Shown: positions 1 to 13,579, numbered from the stretch's first letter. The stretch is 64,000 nucleotides of DNA from Eledone cirrhosa (GCA_964016885.1 OZ024759.1:35774001-35838000); one strand, 5' to 3'. Made by a program: numbers and translations. Notes: generated by a model from the sequence alone, not told the origin.

Positions 1-632
1 GTATTATATATAACACTGTCTGTCCAGCCCTACATGTATTGTAACCCCTATATTTACTGTATTATATATAACACTGTCTGTCCAGCCCTACATGTATTGT
101 AACCCCTATATTTACTGTATTATATATAACACTGTCTGTCCAGCCCTACATGTAATGTAACCCCTATATTTACTGTATTATATATAACACTGTCTGTCCA
201 GCCCTATATGTAATGTAACCCCTATATTTACTGTATTATATATAACACTGTCTGTCCAGCCCTACATGTAATGTAACCCCTATATTTACTGTATTATATA
301 TAACACTGTCTGTCCAGCCCTACATGTAATGTAACCCCTATATTTACTGTATTATATATAACACTGTCTGTCCAGCCCTACATGTAATGTAACCCCTATA
401 TTTACTGTACTATATATAACACTGTCTGTCCAGCCCTACATGTAATGTAACCCCTATATTTACTGTATTATATATAACATTGTCTGTCCAGCCCTACATG
501 TAATGTAACCCCTATATTTACTGTATTATATATAACACTGTCTGTCCAGCCCTACATGTAATGTAACCCCTATATTTACTGTACTATATATAACATTGTC
601 CAGCCCCACAAGTAATGTAACCCCTATATTTA
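1..632. repeat. 58-bp minisatellite, about 11 copies, runs off the window start
   Basis: Unit gtattatatataacactgtctgtccagccctacatgtaatgtaacccctatatttact. Confidence 0.95.
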
Positions 633-708
633 CAATGTTTACCTCTACATGATTTCATACAAATAAAACTGTTCTAGTCCTGTAGAAGCAATTTCTATAT
701 TAAATATG

Positions 709-2530
709 ATATACATACATACATTTATATAAATACATACATACATTTATATAAATACATACATACATACATTTATATAAATACATACATACATACATTT
801 ATATAAATACATACATACATTTATATAAATACATACATACATTTATATACATACATACATTTATATACAAATAAAACTGTTCTAGTCCTGTAGAAGCAAT
901 TTCTATATTAAATATGATATACATACATACATACATACATTTATATAAATACATACATACATACATACATACATTTATATAAATACATACATACATTTAT
1001 ATACATACATACATTTATATAAATACATACATACATTTATATAAATACATACATACATTTATATAAATACATACATACATTTATATACATACATACATTT
1101 ATATAAATACATACATACATTTATATAAATACATACATACATTTATATAAATACATACATACATTTATATACATACATACATTTATATAAATACATACAT
1201 ACATTTATATAAATACATACATACATTTATATAAATACATACATACATTTATATAAATACATACATACATTTATATACATACATACATTTATATAAATAC
1301 ATACATACATTTATATAAATACATACATACATTTATATAAATACATACATACATTTATATAAATACATACATACATTTATATACATACATACATTTATAT
1401 AAATACATACATACATTTATATAAATACATACATACATTTATATAAATACATACATACATTTATATACATACGTACATTTATATAAATACATACATACAT
1501 TTATATAAATACATACATACATTTATATAAATACATACATTTATATAAATACATACATACATTTATATAAATACATACATACATTTATATAAATACATAC
1601 ATACATTTATATACATACATACATTTATATAAATACATACATACATTTATATAAATACATACATACATTTATATAAATACATACATACATTTATATAAAT
1701 ACATACATACATTTATATAAATACATACATACATTTATATAAATACATACATACATTTATATAAATACATACATTTATATAAATACATACATACATTTAT
1801 ATAAATACATACATACATTTATATACATACATTTATATACATACATACATTTATATAAATACATACATACATTTATATAAATACATACATACATTTATAT
1901 AAATACATACATACATTTATATACATACATACATTTATATAAATACATACATACATTTATATAAATACATACATACATTTATATAAATACATACATACAT
2001 TTATATACATACATACATTTATATAAATACATACATACATTTATATAAATACATACATACATTTATATAAATACATACATACATTTATATACATACATAC
2101 ATTTATATAAATACATACATACATTTATATAAATACATACATACATTTATATAAATACATACATACATTTATATAAATACATACATACATTTATATAAAT
2201 ACATACATACATTTATATAAATACATACATACATTTATATAAATACATACATACATTTATATACATACATACATTTATATAAATACATACATACATTTAT
2301 ATACATACATACATTTATATAAATACATACATACATTTATATAAATACATACATACATTTATATAAATACATACATACATTTATATAAATACATACATAC
2401 ATTTATATACATACATACATTTATATAAATACATACATACATTTATATACATACATACATTTATATAAATACATACATACATTTATATAAATACATACAT
2501 ACATTTATATAAATACATACATACACACAC
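709..2530. repeat. 18/22-bp AT-rich satellite
   Basis: (atttatataaatacatacatac)n with shorter variants. Confidence 0.95.
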
Positions 2531-2941
2531 ATATATATTTGATAATAATAATTGTTTCATTTTTGGCCACAAGGGCCGACATATAGGGGACAACACAAAA
2601 GACAGGGACAGTGGGGAGGGGTTTACAACAAGCTCAAGTAAAAGTGCACAATAGCAAGACTAATTTAACAATGAAGATATAAAATAAACAATGTATAAAC
2701 ATAACAAAATAGATTCCCCACCGGCAACTCAATATAAATGAAAATTATTGTGTACAGTGCTCAGGTGCACTACAACTCATCAAAGGTTCATGTATAGTAC
2801 ATAGAGTAATGTGTGTATATATATATATATAGTGTGTGTGTGTGTGTATTAAGAGTAACATGCTGAACTAAACTATGTATATATATATATATTAATATTA
2901 ATTCAAAATATTAACAAAATAGATATTCTTGTAATCAAGTA

Positions 2942-3008
2942 TATTTTATTATACATATTTCAGAGGTACTGAGTTAACTTCAACAGTACGTCCTCATCAG
3001 ATAAAATA
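2942..3008 (-). ncRNA. Type I hammerhead ribozyme motif (family A)
   Basis: tattttat-CTGATGA-ggacgtactg...cagtacctct-GAA-ATAtgTAT-A-ataaaata; 8-bp stem I. Confidence 0.7.
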
Positions 3009-3138
3009 AGAATGAATATTAATAACTCTGGAAAACCTTTTTTCTAGTTGAGTGCTTCCAATCTATTGTAAAACTCATTCTTTGATGTATTCATTGAACC
3101 TTGTTTAACTTTAAAAAAATATATATATAGAGAGAGAA

Positions 3139-3239
<101 letters not shown>

Positions 3240-4034
3240 AGAGTTAATAAAAACATCACCTTTATCCTTTGGTTTAATATCGTCATCCATATTGGTTTAC
3301 AGAAGTATTATATATTACGGAGGAGAAGAATGTATTATGGAGAGGATGGAGAAGAAAAAGTGTGTTGTTGCTGTTATCGTTGTTGTCGTCGTTTGATGAG
3401 GAACAACCGTGAGAGAGCAGGATGTGGTAAACTTCCTCCACCATATATACACACACACACACACACACTCTTATAAACACACACACACACACACTTATAT
3501 ACACATATACAGTACTGCAGTAGTGTGTGTGTGTGTGTTTATCAGTGTGGGGGTGTTTGTGTGTACGTGTGTGTGTTAGTGTATGTGTGTGTGGACGTGT
3601 GTGTGTGTGTGTGGACGTGTGTGTGTGGTTGTATGTGGACGTGTGTGAGTGTGTGTGTGTGTAAGTGTGTGTGTGTGGACGTGTGTGTGTGTGTGTGGTT
3701 GTATGTGGACGTGTGTGAGTGTGTGTGTGTATGTATGTTTGTGCCTGTGTATTAGTGTCTGTATGTGTATTGATAAGTTTATAATTTCAATTTGTTTACA
3801 CTATATCTAAGACTTCCCTGTACTCTTCCATAGCTTGCTATCCCAGAGTAAGACACTACTGATGATGAGTAATAACTCTGAAATATACCACCATCTTACA
3901 CCAATGTCGAGACAAAGCTGGGTATATGTAAGGGGTCCCCACAGTTAAAGAGATTTAGAAACGTGAAAAGGTGTTTTCCCTGTCAGACGAGAGGGCTAGG
4001 GTACTCCTGTCTGTTGGTCAGTAGTAGTAGTAAC

Positions 4035-4086
<52 letters not shown>

Positions 4087-4351
4087 ACAGCAACACAACG
4101 TGGTTTTGGAAAGTTTGTAGTGATGTGTGTGTCTTCAACAGCCTGCAGAGTCAGTCATTCATCATCAGCTGGTGGTATGGAATGGTATGGTATACAGTGA
4201 GGGGTGGTGGTGGTGTGACGTATCTGGTGATGGTGGTAGGTGTGGCAGTGGTGGTGGTGTACGTGTGGGGGAGGTGGTGGACAGCCTGCAGAGTCAGTCA
4301 TTCATCATCAGCTGCTGGTACAGTGTGCTGTAGCATGTGTGTGTCTCTAAG

Positions 4352-4397
<46 letters not shown>

Positions 4398-4684
4398 TCT
4401 CTAGTGGTGGTGGTGATGTTGTTGATAGTGATGGTGGTAGTGGTGATGGCTGTGGTGGTGGTGGTGGTGGTGATGGCTGTGGTGGGAGGAAGTGTTACGT
4501 TGACCAGCTGGTTCCTGTTTCTTCATCCAGCTCGAGTGTCTGGCATTCTCCGAGGAAAAGGTGACTTGGACAGACACACACACAATATATATATATATAT
4601 ATATATTACCCACTCTACTACCCTAAGTATTGAGTACTCTGGTGCGTTATGGTCCACCTGGTTCCTTACCACATTTCCTCCGTT

Positions 4685-4723
<39 letters not shown>

Positions 4724-4773
4724 AATACCTAATAAATTCCTTTATAAAAGCACTTTCATTTTATATTCATCTT

Positions 4774-4822
<49 letters not shown>

Positions 4823-4907
4823 TAAATAAATAAATATATATATATAGAGAGAGAGAGAGAAAGAGAGAAAGAGAGAGAGAGAGACCAACAAATTAAATAA
4901 CTCTTTG

Positions 4908-4966
<59 letters not shown>

Positions 4967-6727
4967 TCACAGACATACATGCAGCCACGGTGACGATGGT
5001 GTGGTGTGTTATATAAAAAGGTAAACATTACAGAAAGGTAAATATAAATTTGGAACAAATTACAAAAATCGATTTAGTAACTTAGGCCATAGCCGAGGTT
5101 AACTTTGCCTTTTATCCTTACGGGGTCGATAAAATAAAGTACCAGTAATACACTGGATGATTGCTGGCCTTGTGCCAAAAGTAGAAACAATTATTACAGG
5201 AATGGTTTCTATTTTAGGCACAAGGCGAGCAATTTTGGGGGAAGGGGAGGAAGTCGATTAAATCAAATCAGTACATTACTGGTATTTTATTTTATCGATC
5301 CCTGTCAGGATGAAAGACAAAACTAACCGCGGCAGGATTTGAAATCTGAATGTAAAGGGACGTAACTCTGTGATGCGGAGCATAATGTCCCACGCTCTAC
5401 CGATTATTACCAATGCACCTCCCTTAGTCTAATAACAACAACAATATAAGCCCATAAAACGAACAAAAATCGGCATCGAACCCAAATTATATTTTTGATT
5501 CCAGCTTTAAGATAATTATTTGCTGGTCGTTGCAAGTTTTTCCTGACCCAAAATAAAATTTTGTTTATTTTACATTTAAAAATAAATACACAAATTTTAA
5601 ATTTAATAATAACCTAAATGGACGGAATGGTCACAATCGGAATGTCTTTGCTCGTATGTCCGTTGATTAAGTATTAACCGATCGACATGGAGCTAAACAA
5701 CAACAAACATAACAACCGCTTGGCTGCCATATTTTGATGTCGTCTGCTTCAGACATTTTTCTCAGTTTATAAACAATTCAAGTATTTCCATAAAATTAGA
5801 AAAATGCTGTTAAAATTTTGGAGGGATTTTCTTTGAAATATTTCCGAGTTATTAAGTAAATACGCCCAAACGAAAATATATAATAAATATTTCAAATTAA
5901 TCTGTCCGATTACAATTTTCGACATTCCAATTTGATGGTCAATACTGACGTTCGACGCCTCTCACTTGCAAAGTCTACCACTTCCTTTTATTTCTGTAGC
6001 CCTAGATCCTTGATTTCCCCTTCCTTTTCCTCTCATTTATGGCTTTTGTAGTCCTTTCCTCTACTTTCCCACACAGCCAGATCTATCCTTTACTCCTTCC
6101 CCATTTGTATCGTTATTTATACAATTGTAAATAAAACTTCAAACAATTTCACCATTTGATAATACTAACAGTAGACACAAGGCCAACAATTTTCGGAGAA
6201 GGGAAAGACGATTAAATCGAACCCCCGCATGTTACTGGTACTTTATTATATTGACCCCCGTGAAGATGAAAAACAAAACTAACCTAGGTGGGAATTGAAA
6301 TTATAACTTTATGCCGTGAGCAGGGTGTCTGACGCTCTACCAATTCACTGCTCTGTCTTATAGTAATAATTTTAAATATATATATAAGTTCCACTTGAAA
6401 AAATATTTTTTAAATAATTGGACAAGGAAACCAGAGGGGAAATTCCTTCAAATTCTTTTCAAATAAACATTTTTGGGGGATATTTTAAATATTTATCGGA
6501 AATTTAAAGACATTCCTAAATTTAGGACTTCCACTGAAACTTTACTATTCATTATTTTATTGATGTAATTCTGTGAGAACAAAATAATCACCAACTGGAC
6601 AGGATAGGAGAACGTTAGCTAAAGTTAACCATTCTGATACTAAACTACCTGAAATGGATCCTGGTTCTAGGATTAAGAAGAAACTGTTTGTTTGAAAGTG
6701 TTTATAAGAGAGGAAAGGAGCAGGTCG

Positions 6728-6798
6728 TTAACTGTTGCTGGAGTTGTAGAGGCGCCATCCTGAGACAAGGGTGTCTAGGGGTATTTTAAGGTTGATTT
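6728..6798 (-). CDS. Candidate terminal coding exon of the plakin gene (EINLKIPLDTLVSGWRLYNSSNS*)
   Basis: CT-rich tract then acacag acceptor. Phase-1 joining gives 23 codons and a TAA; AATAAA lies about 170 nt downstream (near 6556-6561). No homology support. Confidence 0.35.
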
Positions 6799-6915
6799 CT
6801 GTGTGTGTATGAGAGAGGGGGGGGGTAGAAAAGAGAGATGAGGGAGAGAAGAGAGAAAGAGACGGAGAGTGAGAGGGTGAGAGAGAGACAGACATACAGA
6901 CAGAGAGAGAGAGAT

Positions 6916-6956
<41 letters not shown>

Positions 6957-8029
6957 TTAAGACAGAAAGAGATAGAGAGAGATATAGAAATATATCTTCT
7001 CCAGTAATGGACTGGTACAATATTTATCCAGCAGGAAAGGATGAAAGTCAAAATTGACCTTGGCAAGATTTGAATTCAGAGCTCAGAGAGACGGAAAACC
7101 TACAGCAACATTTAATCCGACGCCACAGAGACTCCGCCAATTTGTCGCCTGATATTTATTTAGAAACCTTTTATCATAATCTTATGTTTATGTAAGAATC
7201 TTTAAGTTATGTAGTTATGTTCTAAATATCAGTTTAATAATGAGAAAGTTACTTATATTACTAAATCACTACAACTACTTACACACACACACATATACAC
7301 AAATATACACATACATACATACACGTACACACAAACATATATGCAAACGCATCCATATACACATATGCATACACATGTATACATAAACATATACACAGAA
7401 ACATAAATGTGTACATAAACATATACTCAAACATATGTGTAAGCACACACACATATATATATACACACATGCAAGCACACACACACACATTCATACATAC
7501 ATACACACACACATCTGACTAAGTGATAAAACTTTAGTTTTAGGGGTTTATTCACAGTTGAAGAAATAGCTAGACTTTACCAAGAATGTGAAGTGAAGGA
7601 ATTGTGTGTGGTGTGTGGGAGGGGGTAGTCCGTGTGTCCCCACCCCCGCCATAAAAAATATTGGATAGTGGAGGGGGTGGGGGTAATAGACGTTGGGTGG
7701 GAAAGGTGTGAAGAAGAGGAGAAAGTCTAAGATTGGCAGAGAAACGAGGTGGAGGTGAGCTAGAGTAGTTACTAAATTGTAGGGAGGAAGGGGGAGAGAG
7801 AGAAAGGGAGAAGGGGACAGAGAGGGAAGAGAGATAGAGAGGAGGAGAGAGAAGTGGAGAAAGAGAGGGGAGAGAAGAGAAAGAAGAAAGTTAAAGATAT
7901 ATATATATATAGAGAGAGAGAGAAGTGGTGAGAGAGGCTGAAGAGAGAGACAGAGAAAGGAAGAGAGGAGAGGGAGAGAGAGAATGACTTGGTGAGATTA
8001 TCAGCAAAACTAGAAATGCCAACCACTTC

Positions 8030-8215
8030 ACAGAGTGTACTGGGTGTATTTTATCATGGTACCAACACTACCACTTTATAGAGTGTACTGGGTGCATTTT
8101 ATCATGGCACCAGGAATACCACTTTACAGAGTGTACTGGGTGCATTTTATCATGTCACCAGCACTACCACTTTACAGAGTGTACTGGATGCATTTTATCA
8201 TGGCAGTACCAGCTC
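8030..8215. repeat. 48-bp tandem repeat, 4 copies
   Basis: Unit ccactttacagagtgtactgggtgcattttatcatggcacca..., derived from a retroposon. Confidence 0.85.
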
Positions 8216-8323
8216 TGAATAACCACCCCCACATGGCCCACAATCTAAAAAAAAGAAAACATTATCAGAATCACAGAAAGATACCAAGTGTGTGTGTAGA
8301 GAGAGAAAGGTGAGGAGACTGAC

Positions 8324-8483
8324 CTTTAGTTGTGCGTGTCTGGGTAAGAATTCTTCTGATGCCTGTAACATATCTTTGGAAGAGTTTATAATCATGTTCA
8401 AAGGAAGAATCACGAAATAATTGGATGGTTTCGTTCAGTAACTTCAATGTTTCTGCTTTTTGTGAGGCGCTAAAGATTTGGAG
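8324..8483 (-). CDS. Plakin-domain protein exon (LQIFSASQKAETLKLLNETIQLFRDSSFEHDYKLFQRYVTGIRRILTQTRTTK)
   Basis: atttcag acceptor, AAG|gtcagt donor, 160 nt open in phase 0, ends phase 1; amphipathic helical sequence. Confidence 0.8.
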
Positions 8484-8579
8484 CTGAAATATATTAATGT
8501 AAAAACAAAGATTGGTTCACTTAAGTATTGGCACATTTTAAATTTTGAAATATAGTTGCTACAATATAGATAACTTTAA

Positions 8580-8810
8580 CCCTTTATTTACCAGCCCGAC
8601 CAAAATTGGCTCTGGTTCTACAAAATAAAATCACCCATTTTAAAGGTTTCTAATTTAAATTGAAATCTTCCAACATAATTTTATATAAGAAACTTACATT
8701 AAGGTACTATTTTAGTAATGAAATAATTAATAATTTTAGTAAATCCCTAAAATTTCTTCATAAACTAACAGAAATAGAGTGTATTTCATTAGAAATATGG
8801 CCAGGAAGGG
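8580..8810. mobile_element. piggyBac-like MITE
   Basis: TTAA|CCCTT...AAGGG|TTAA ends; paralogous copy at 47541-47769. Confidence 0.7.
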
Positions 8811-9491
8811 TTAATAATAGTTTCTTATAGGCACAAAAAAAATGAACGTGTGTGTGTGTGTTTGATATTTCAAGAAGAGAAAATTGTTTAAGATTGTTGA
8901 AAGGAGAAAAAAAAAAAAAAATCTAAGAGCTACTAAGGGAGATAACTCCTACAATTACAAATGTCAGACCATGCAGAAAAATATTGGTCAACCAGAGGCT
9001 ATAGTAGAAGACACATCCCCACGAACCACTCAGTTGGACTAAAGCTGAAACAACATGGTTGCAAAGCCGACTCTTTAAACCATACAAGTCATGACTGCAA
9101 CTATGCAGCCTGACTCGTGGTTATTTGGGGATTTTTTTTCAAATAAAATTAACTGTGTTCCCTCTACCTATTCCTGTACTACACAGGAGTGGGTAGCGGC
9201 GATATGTGACAGCACAACTGGTCCAGGTGAAACCTACTTCCCGACAGGTATGGTCTATATATCAGTAATAGAAACAGGTGGGATGACGGAATGGCTAGGA
9301 GAGATCTGACAGACTAGCAGATGCAAGGGAGATAACCTATACTAGCTTGAAAGGAGTGCATACATAACATTATATATATAACTTTGCCTTTCACCCTTAC
9401 GGGGTCGATAAAATAAAGTACCAGTAATACACTGGAATAATTGCTGGCCTTGTGCCAAAAAGTAGAAACAATTATATATATATATATATGA

Positions 9492-9710
9492 AGGCGTGTG
9501 GCTGAGTGGTTAGAGAATTGTATTCGCAATCGTAAGGTTGTGAGTTCGATTCCTGGACCAGGCGATGCGTTATGTCCTTGAGCAAGACACTTTATTTCAC
9601 GTTGCTCCTTCTACCTGGAGTTGCGACCGATAGATAGTATTAGCAATTGGAAAGACCAACGGAAACATTGTTCCCTCGGTCCGATTTGACAAAAAAGTCG
9701 ATCGTCTCCT
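9492..9710 (+). mobile_element. Second tRNA-derived SINE (V/CORE-like central block)
   Basis: A-box tggctgagtgg, B-box gagttcgattcc, then gtccttgagcaagacactttatttcacgttgctcc. Near-identical inverted copy at 26675-26888; others at about 28458-28625 and 41255-41335. Confidence 0.75.
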
Positions 9711-9837
9711 ATATATATATATATATATATATAGTGTTTCTGCCGGAAAGGTAAAGGAAAGAAGAGTGCTCTATGTAAGCTATTTCGTTATGTAATAAAC
9801 AACATAAGACAATTATTCCATTTACCAAAGGTTTCAG

Positions 9838-9902
9838 ATTCTGATGAGCGATTTCAGACGTCTGTGTCGAACTCGTCTGTCTTCGTGAAACCTTTGGTAA
9901 AT
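9838..9902 (+). ncRNA. Type I hammerhead ribozyme motif (family C) inside a 47-bp foldback
   Basis: att-CTGATGA-gcga..cagacg..cgtctg..tcgt-GAAA-cc-ttt-g-GTA-aat. Confidence 0.6.
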
Positions 9903-9965
9903 GGAATAATTGTCTTATGTTGTTTATTACATATATATATATATATATATAGTTATGTGTGTGTG

Positions 9966-9996
<31 letters not shown>

Positions 9997-10055
9997 TCAT
10001 GTATGCATGCACAGACATACACACGTGTCTAATACAAATAAAAACAAAGATTTAC

Positions 10056-10161
10056 CTGCTTGGTTTGAGTGTCTTTAGCAATTTTGGTAAGGAATGTCAT
10101 AATATGAAATTTGAGCAAAGGTTGAGCAGCTTTCCACAGTATAAGCATCTGTTGCCGAAGC
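10056..10161 (-). CDS. Plakin-domain protein exon (LRQQMLILWKAAQPLLKFHIMTFLTKIAKDTQTKQ)
   Basis: ctttacattag acceptor, CAG|gtaaat donor, 106 nt. Phase 2-0 complements the previous exon exactly; 'L..Q....LW' as in plakins. Confidence 0.85.
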
Positions 10162-10432
10162 CTAATGTAAAGAAATGAAATAAAACTCTCATAAAAGTGA
10201 GGAGAAAATTACAGTAAAAAGTATTAATGTGATGGATATTGGAAGATTTTCACTTACAAAATCAGAAAACAGTACAGCTCCCATGACTTTCAGAAAAAAT
10301 GTTTCATGCTAAGAGTTGCTGAGAGAGTAATTGTGAGCAATTGGTATTAATTACCTATAACCTCGTCACTATATATATAGTGAAATAAAATAACAAGGAT
10401 GATTGGTTTCTCCTTCATTATGTTTATTGGTT

Positions 10433-10517
10433 GGTGACGCGCGTTTCGCCACTGATCAGCTCAAGGTTCGATCTGTATCGATCTGACCCGACCCTGCAAT
10501 CTGCGGCTTATCAGACC
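10433..10517 (-). ncRNA. Penelope-type hammerhead motif with a G8A core variant
   Basis: ggt-CTGATAA-gccg...tggc-GAAACGCGCGTC-acc; palindromic stem III of the kind found in minimal Penelope-like element hammerheads. Confidence 0.6.
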
Positions 10518-10612
10518 CCTTGTAATGTTAATGGAAAAAAAAAAAAAATAAATGCATGCTCACCCGGGTGAACCTACAGTAACTCCAAGTTACACTCCCT
10601 GGATATGGATGG

Positions 10613-10673
<61 letters not shown>

Positions 10674-10956
10674 ATATGGCTCCCATCAGTCGCGACTGAC
10701 CATGGTTCTGCATCTAGAAAGTTTCCTTCCGAGGCACAATCCTGGGCAAGGTTTGTTTGGTGGAAGACCAGGAGTCACCCATACATACCAGTCTCCTCTC
10801 TCCATGCCACTGATGTTGTCCAAGGGTCCAAGGGAAAGGCAATGGTCCGATACAACTTGGAACCAAACTCACTATCTCAATTGCAATGCTCCAACCACTA
10901 AGCCATGTACCTTCACATTATATGTGTATATATATATTAGAGAGAGAGAGGCTTAC

Positions 10957-11048
10957 CTTGTTGCTTCATCACAGGCCTCGGAGTGAGGAGGAGGAATGAC
11001 CAAGAGAATTGCAGGAACTTCTCCTTCTTTTCCACGACTATTTCTTAT
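10957..11048 (-). CDS. Plakin SH3 C-terminal exon (IRNSRGKEGEVPAILLVIPPPHSEACDEATR)
   Basis: ttttcttctcag acceptor, AAG|gtaagc donor, 92 nt, phase 0-2. Plakin motif 'G.E..VP.V...IPPP..EA.....R'. Confidence 0.93.
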
Positions 11049-11337
11049 CTGAGAAGAAAATGGAGAGATTTGTATACCATACATGGATAATAGTAGTGTT
11101 TTATAATAGATCTTGTACTAATGATAGTCTTAAACATGAGATAACTAGGGGAGTCTTAATGAGCTAATGAAAACTCTCTTGATATGAGATAGCGAGGGGA
11201 GTCATTACATGAATTAACGAGGGCAGTCATTACATGAATTAACGAGGGGAGTCTTTACATGAATTAACGAGGGGAGTGATTAGAAGAATTAACAAGGGCA
11301 GTCTTTATATGAGTTGCCTACTTTTATCAATACTTAC

Positions 11338-11400
11338 TTTCCATTTGGATGGATCAGAATTTTCAAGTAATATACATGTTTCACCTTTTACTATTAAAAT
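11338..11400 (-). CDS. Plakin SH3 exon (ILIVKGETCILLENSDPSKWK)
   Basis: gtttcag acceptor, AAA|gtaagt donor, 63 nt. SH3 motif KG[DE]xCxLLxNSxxxKWK. Confidence 0.92.
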
Positions 11401-11574
11401 CTGAAACAACAACAACATCAATAATGACAACAATAACAACAATAATTACAATAATGACAACAATAATATCAATAAAAAAGTCTTTATTTTAATACTGTAT
11501 TAAACAGTATAAAGTCTTTAAATTTTAATGTGATATAGAAAATGTCCTACTAATGAGTGTGGTTTCATGTTGTA

Positions 11575-12455
11575 GAGTCATGGATACATTGAAGCTCCGA
11601 CTTCTGGCAACTGACTTGGTAAACTCCCACAAAATTATTAACCATCTTGCCAACAACAACCCTGAGCACCCTTTTGATTTCCTTGTGTCTAATACAGGTG
11701 GGTATGCCGACAAAGTGAGAAAATAGCACAGCTGCCATGACTTTCAGAAACATTTTTTCACACTCAGAGTTGCTGAAGCATAGAACAAACTACCTGCATC
11801 TGTTGTTTACTGTCAAGACACTGCATCCTTTAAAACCTCCATGGAACAAACTCCCTGTATCAGTTGTTAGCTATTGAGACACTGCATCCTTTAAAACCTC
11901 TATAGAACAAACTACCTGCATCAGTTGTTAGCTGTCGAGACACTGCATCCTTTAAAACCTCCATGGAATAAACTACCTGCATCAGTTGTTAGCTGTTGAG
12001 ACACTGCATCCTTTAAAACCTCCATGGAACAAACTAACTGCATCAGTTGTTAGCTGTTGAGACACTGCATCCTTTAAAACCTCCATGGAACAAACTCCCT
12101 GCATCAGTTCTTAGCTGTTGAGACATTGCATCCTTTAAAACCTCCATAGAACAAACTACCTGCATCTGTTGTTTACTGTCAAGACACTGCATCCTTTAAA
12201 ACCTCCATGGAATAAACTACCTGCATCAGTTGTTAGTTGTCCAGACACTGCATCCTTTAAAACCTCCATGCTTCCTGAGATTCGCCAACACTACACCCGA
12301 TATCCCCTTCCATACACCCGCACACATATATTTCATGACTCATACACAGTTCACTTTCCTGATATTTGTACATTATTCTATGTACTATAGATGCACCTTT
12401 GATGAATTGTAGTGCACCTGAGCATTGTACACAATGATTTCATTATTATTATTAT
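11575..12455 (+). mobile_element. CR1-group LINE 3' end with an internal 59-bp tandem amplification
   Basis: MDTLKLRLLATDLVNSHKIIN...HFFTLRVAEA*NKLPASVV..DTASFK is a CR1 C-terminal motif. 3' UTR ends ...gtgcacctgagcattgtacacaatgatttc(att)n. Confidence 0.85.
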
Positions 12456-12880
12456 TAAGAATTGAATATAAACTGATTCACATATAAGCTGACCCCACTA
12501 TTTTATGTCGGAGAAATGGGCCAAAATTTGAACCTTATTTACATAGAATTTGAAGTTGGTGAAAATCATCGAAATATTGACCTCAAATATAAACCAACCC
12601 CGCTTCTACCATTGATTTTTTGGTCACATTTTCCTTAGCTTATATCCTCCTCCTAACTTTTATATATCTCATATAAAGCATCAAGTTATTTCCTTTTCTA
12701 AAAGCTGGCAATTACATTCTATAAGTTTAATTCTCTACTCTCCTTTGAGAATTGATAATATAGTTGATTTTTATATATATATATATAAATATCAAAGGTA
12801 TATATTGAGTTAGAAACTCAAAATAGTCTCTTACAATTAAATAGGTCAAGGAAAGAGATTTTTCCGAGCCATGTAATGTA

Positions 12881-13213
12881 ATATAATTGAATATAAAAGA
12901 GAGAGAAATACAGATATATACATATATATGTTCAAATCGTAAGGGACCAGATTCGTAGGGTGAAAAAAATACTAACTATGAACAATAGGGTTTGCCAGAC
13001 TCAATTTAAAATAAATCAAGAAAAATACAAACTGATATTGGGGCAACTGCAATTGCCCAATAACAGTTTGTATTTCTTTTCTTGATTTATTTTAAATTGA
13101 GTCTGGCAAACCCTATTGTTCATAGTTAGTATTTTTTTCACCCTAGCGAATCTGGTCCCTTATGATTTGAACACATATATGTATATATCTGTGTTTATCT
13201 CTCTTTTATATTC

Positions 13214-13222
<9 letters not shown>
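12881..13222. repeat. Long foldback palindrome, arms about 165 bp
   Basis: Arms mirror around gggcaactgcaattgccc at about 13041-13058, e.g. atagggtttgccagactcaatttaaaataaatcaag / cttgatttattttaaattgagtctggcaaaccctat. Confidence 0.9.
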
Positions 13223-13248
<26 letters not shown>

Positions 13249-13325
13249 CTCTAGGGTTCTTATATATTTGATATATATTTATCCTTATTGAGCCCTCTTT
13301 GGATTTTAGTCTTCACATTTATTAT

Positions 13326-13361
<36 letters not shown>

Positions 13362-13579
13362 GAAAATGAACAAACAAAACACAGGAAGCAATTGTACACA
13401 GTTATTTTAGGTTCACGCTCTGTGGAAGTGAAGGAGATATATATTGGCCTCAAATATAAATCAACCCCACCTTCTACTATCAATTTATTTTAGTCACATA
13501 TTCCTTGGCATATATTCAAATATATACAGTAATTACAGAGTTTACTAATGAAGTTATAAAGTAAATAAATAAGACTCAC

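Noticed and set aside
3853-3935. CTGATGA-tgagtaataactct-GAAA-tatacc...ggtatat hammerhead-like motif
   Set aside because: Position 17 would be G and stem I pairs only 2 bp; at best a dead relic.
3963-4817. 284-aa + strand ORF
   Set aside because: Held open by AGT, GGT, CA and TA repeats; no recognisable protein.
9492-9570. tRNA gene
   Set aside because: A and B boxes are present but there is no clean cloverleaf and it continues into a SINE body repeated elsewhere in the window.
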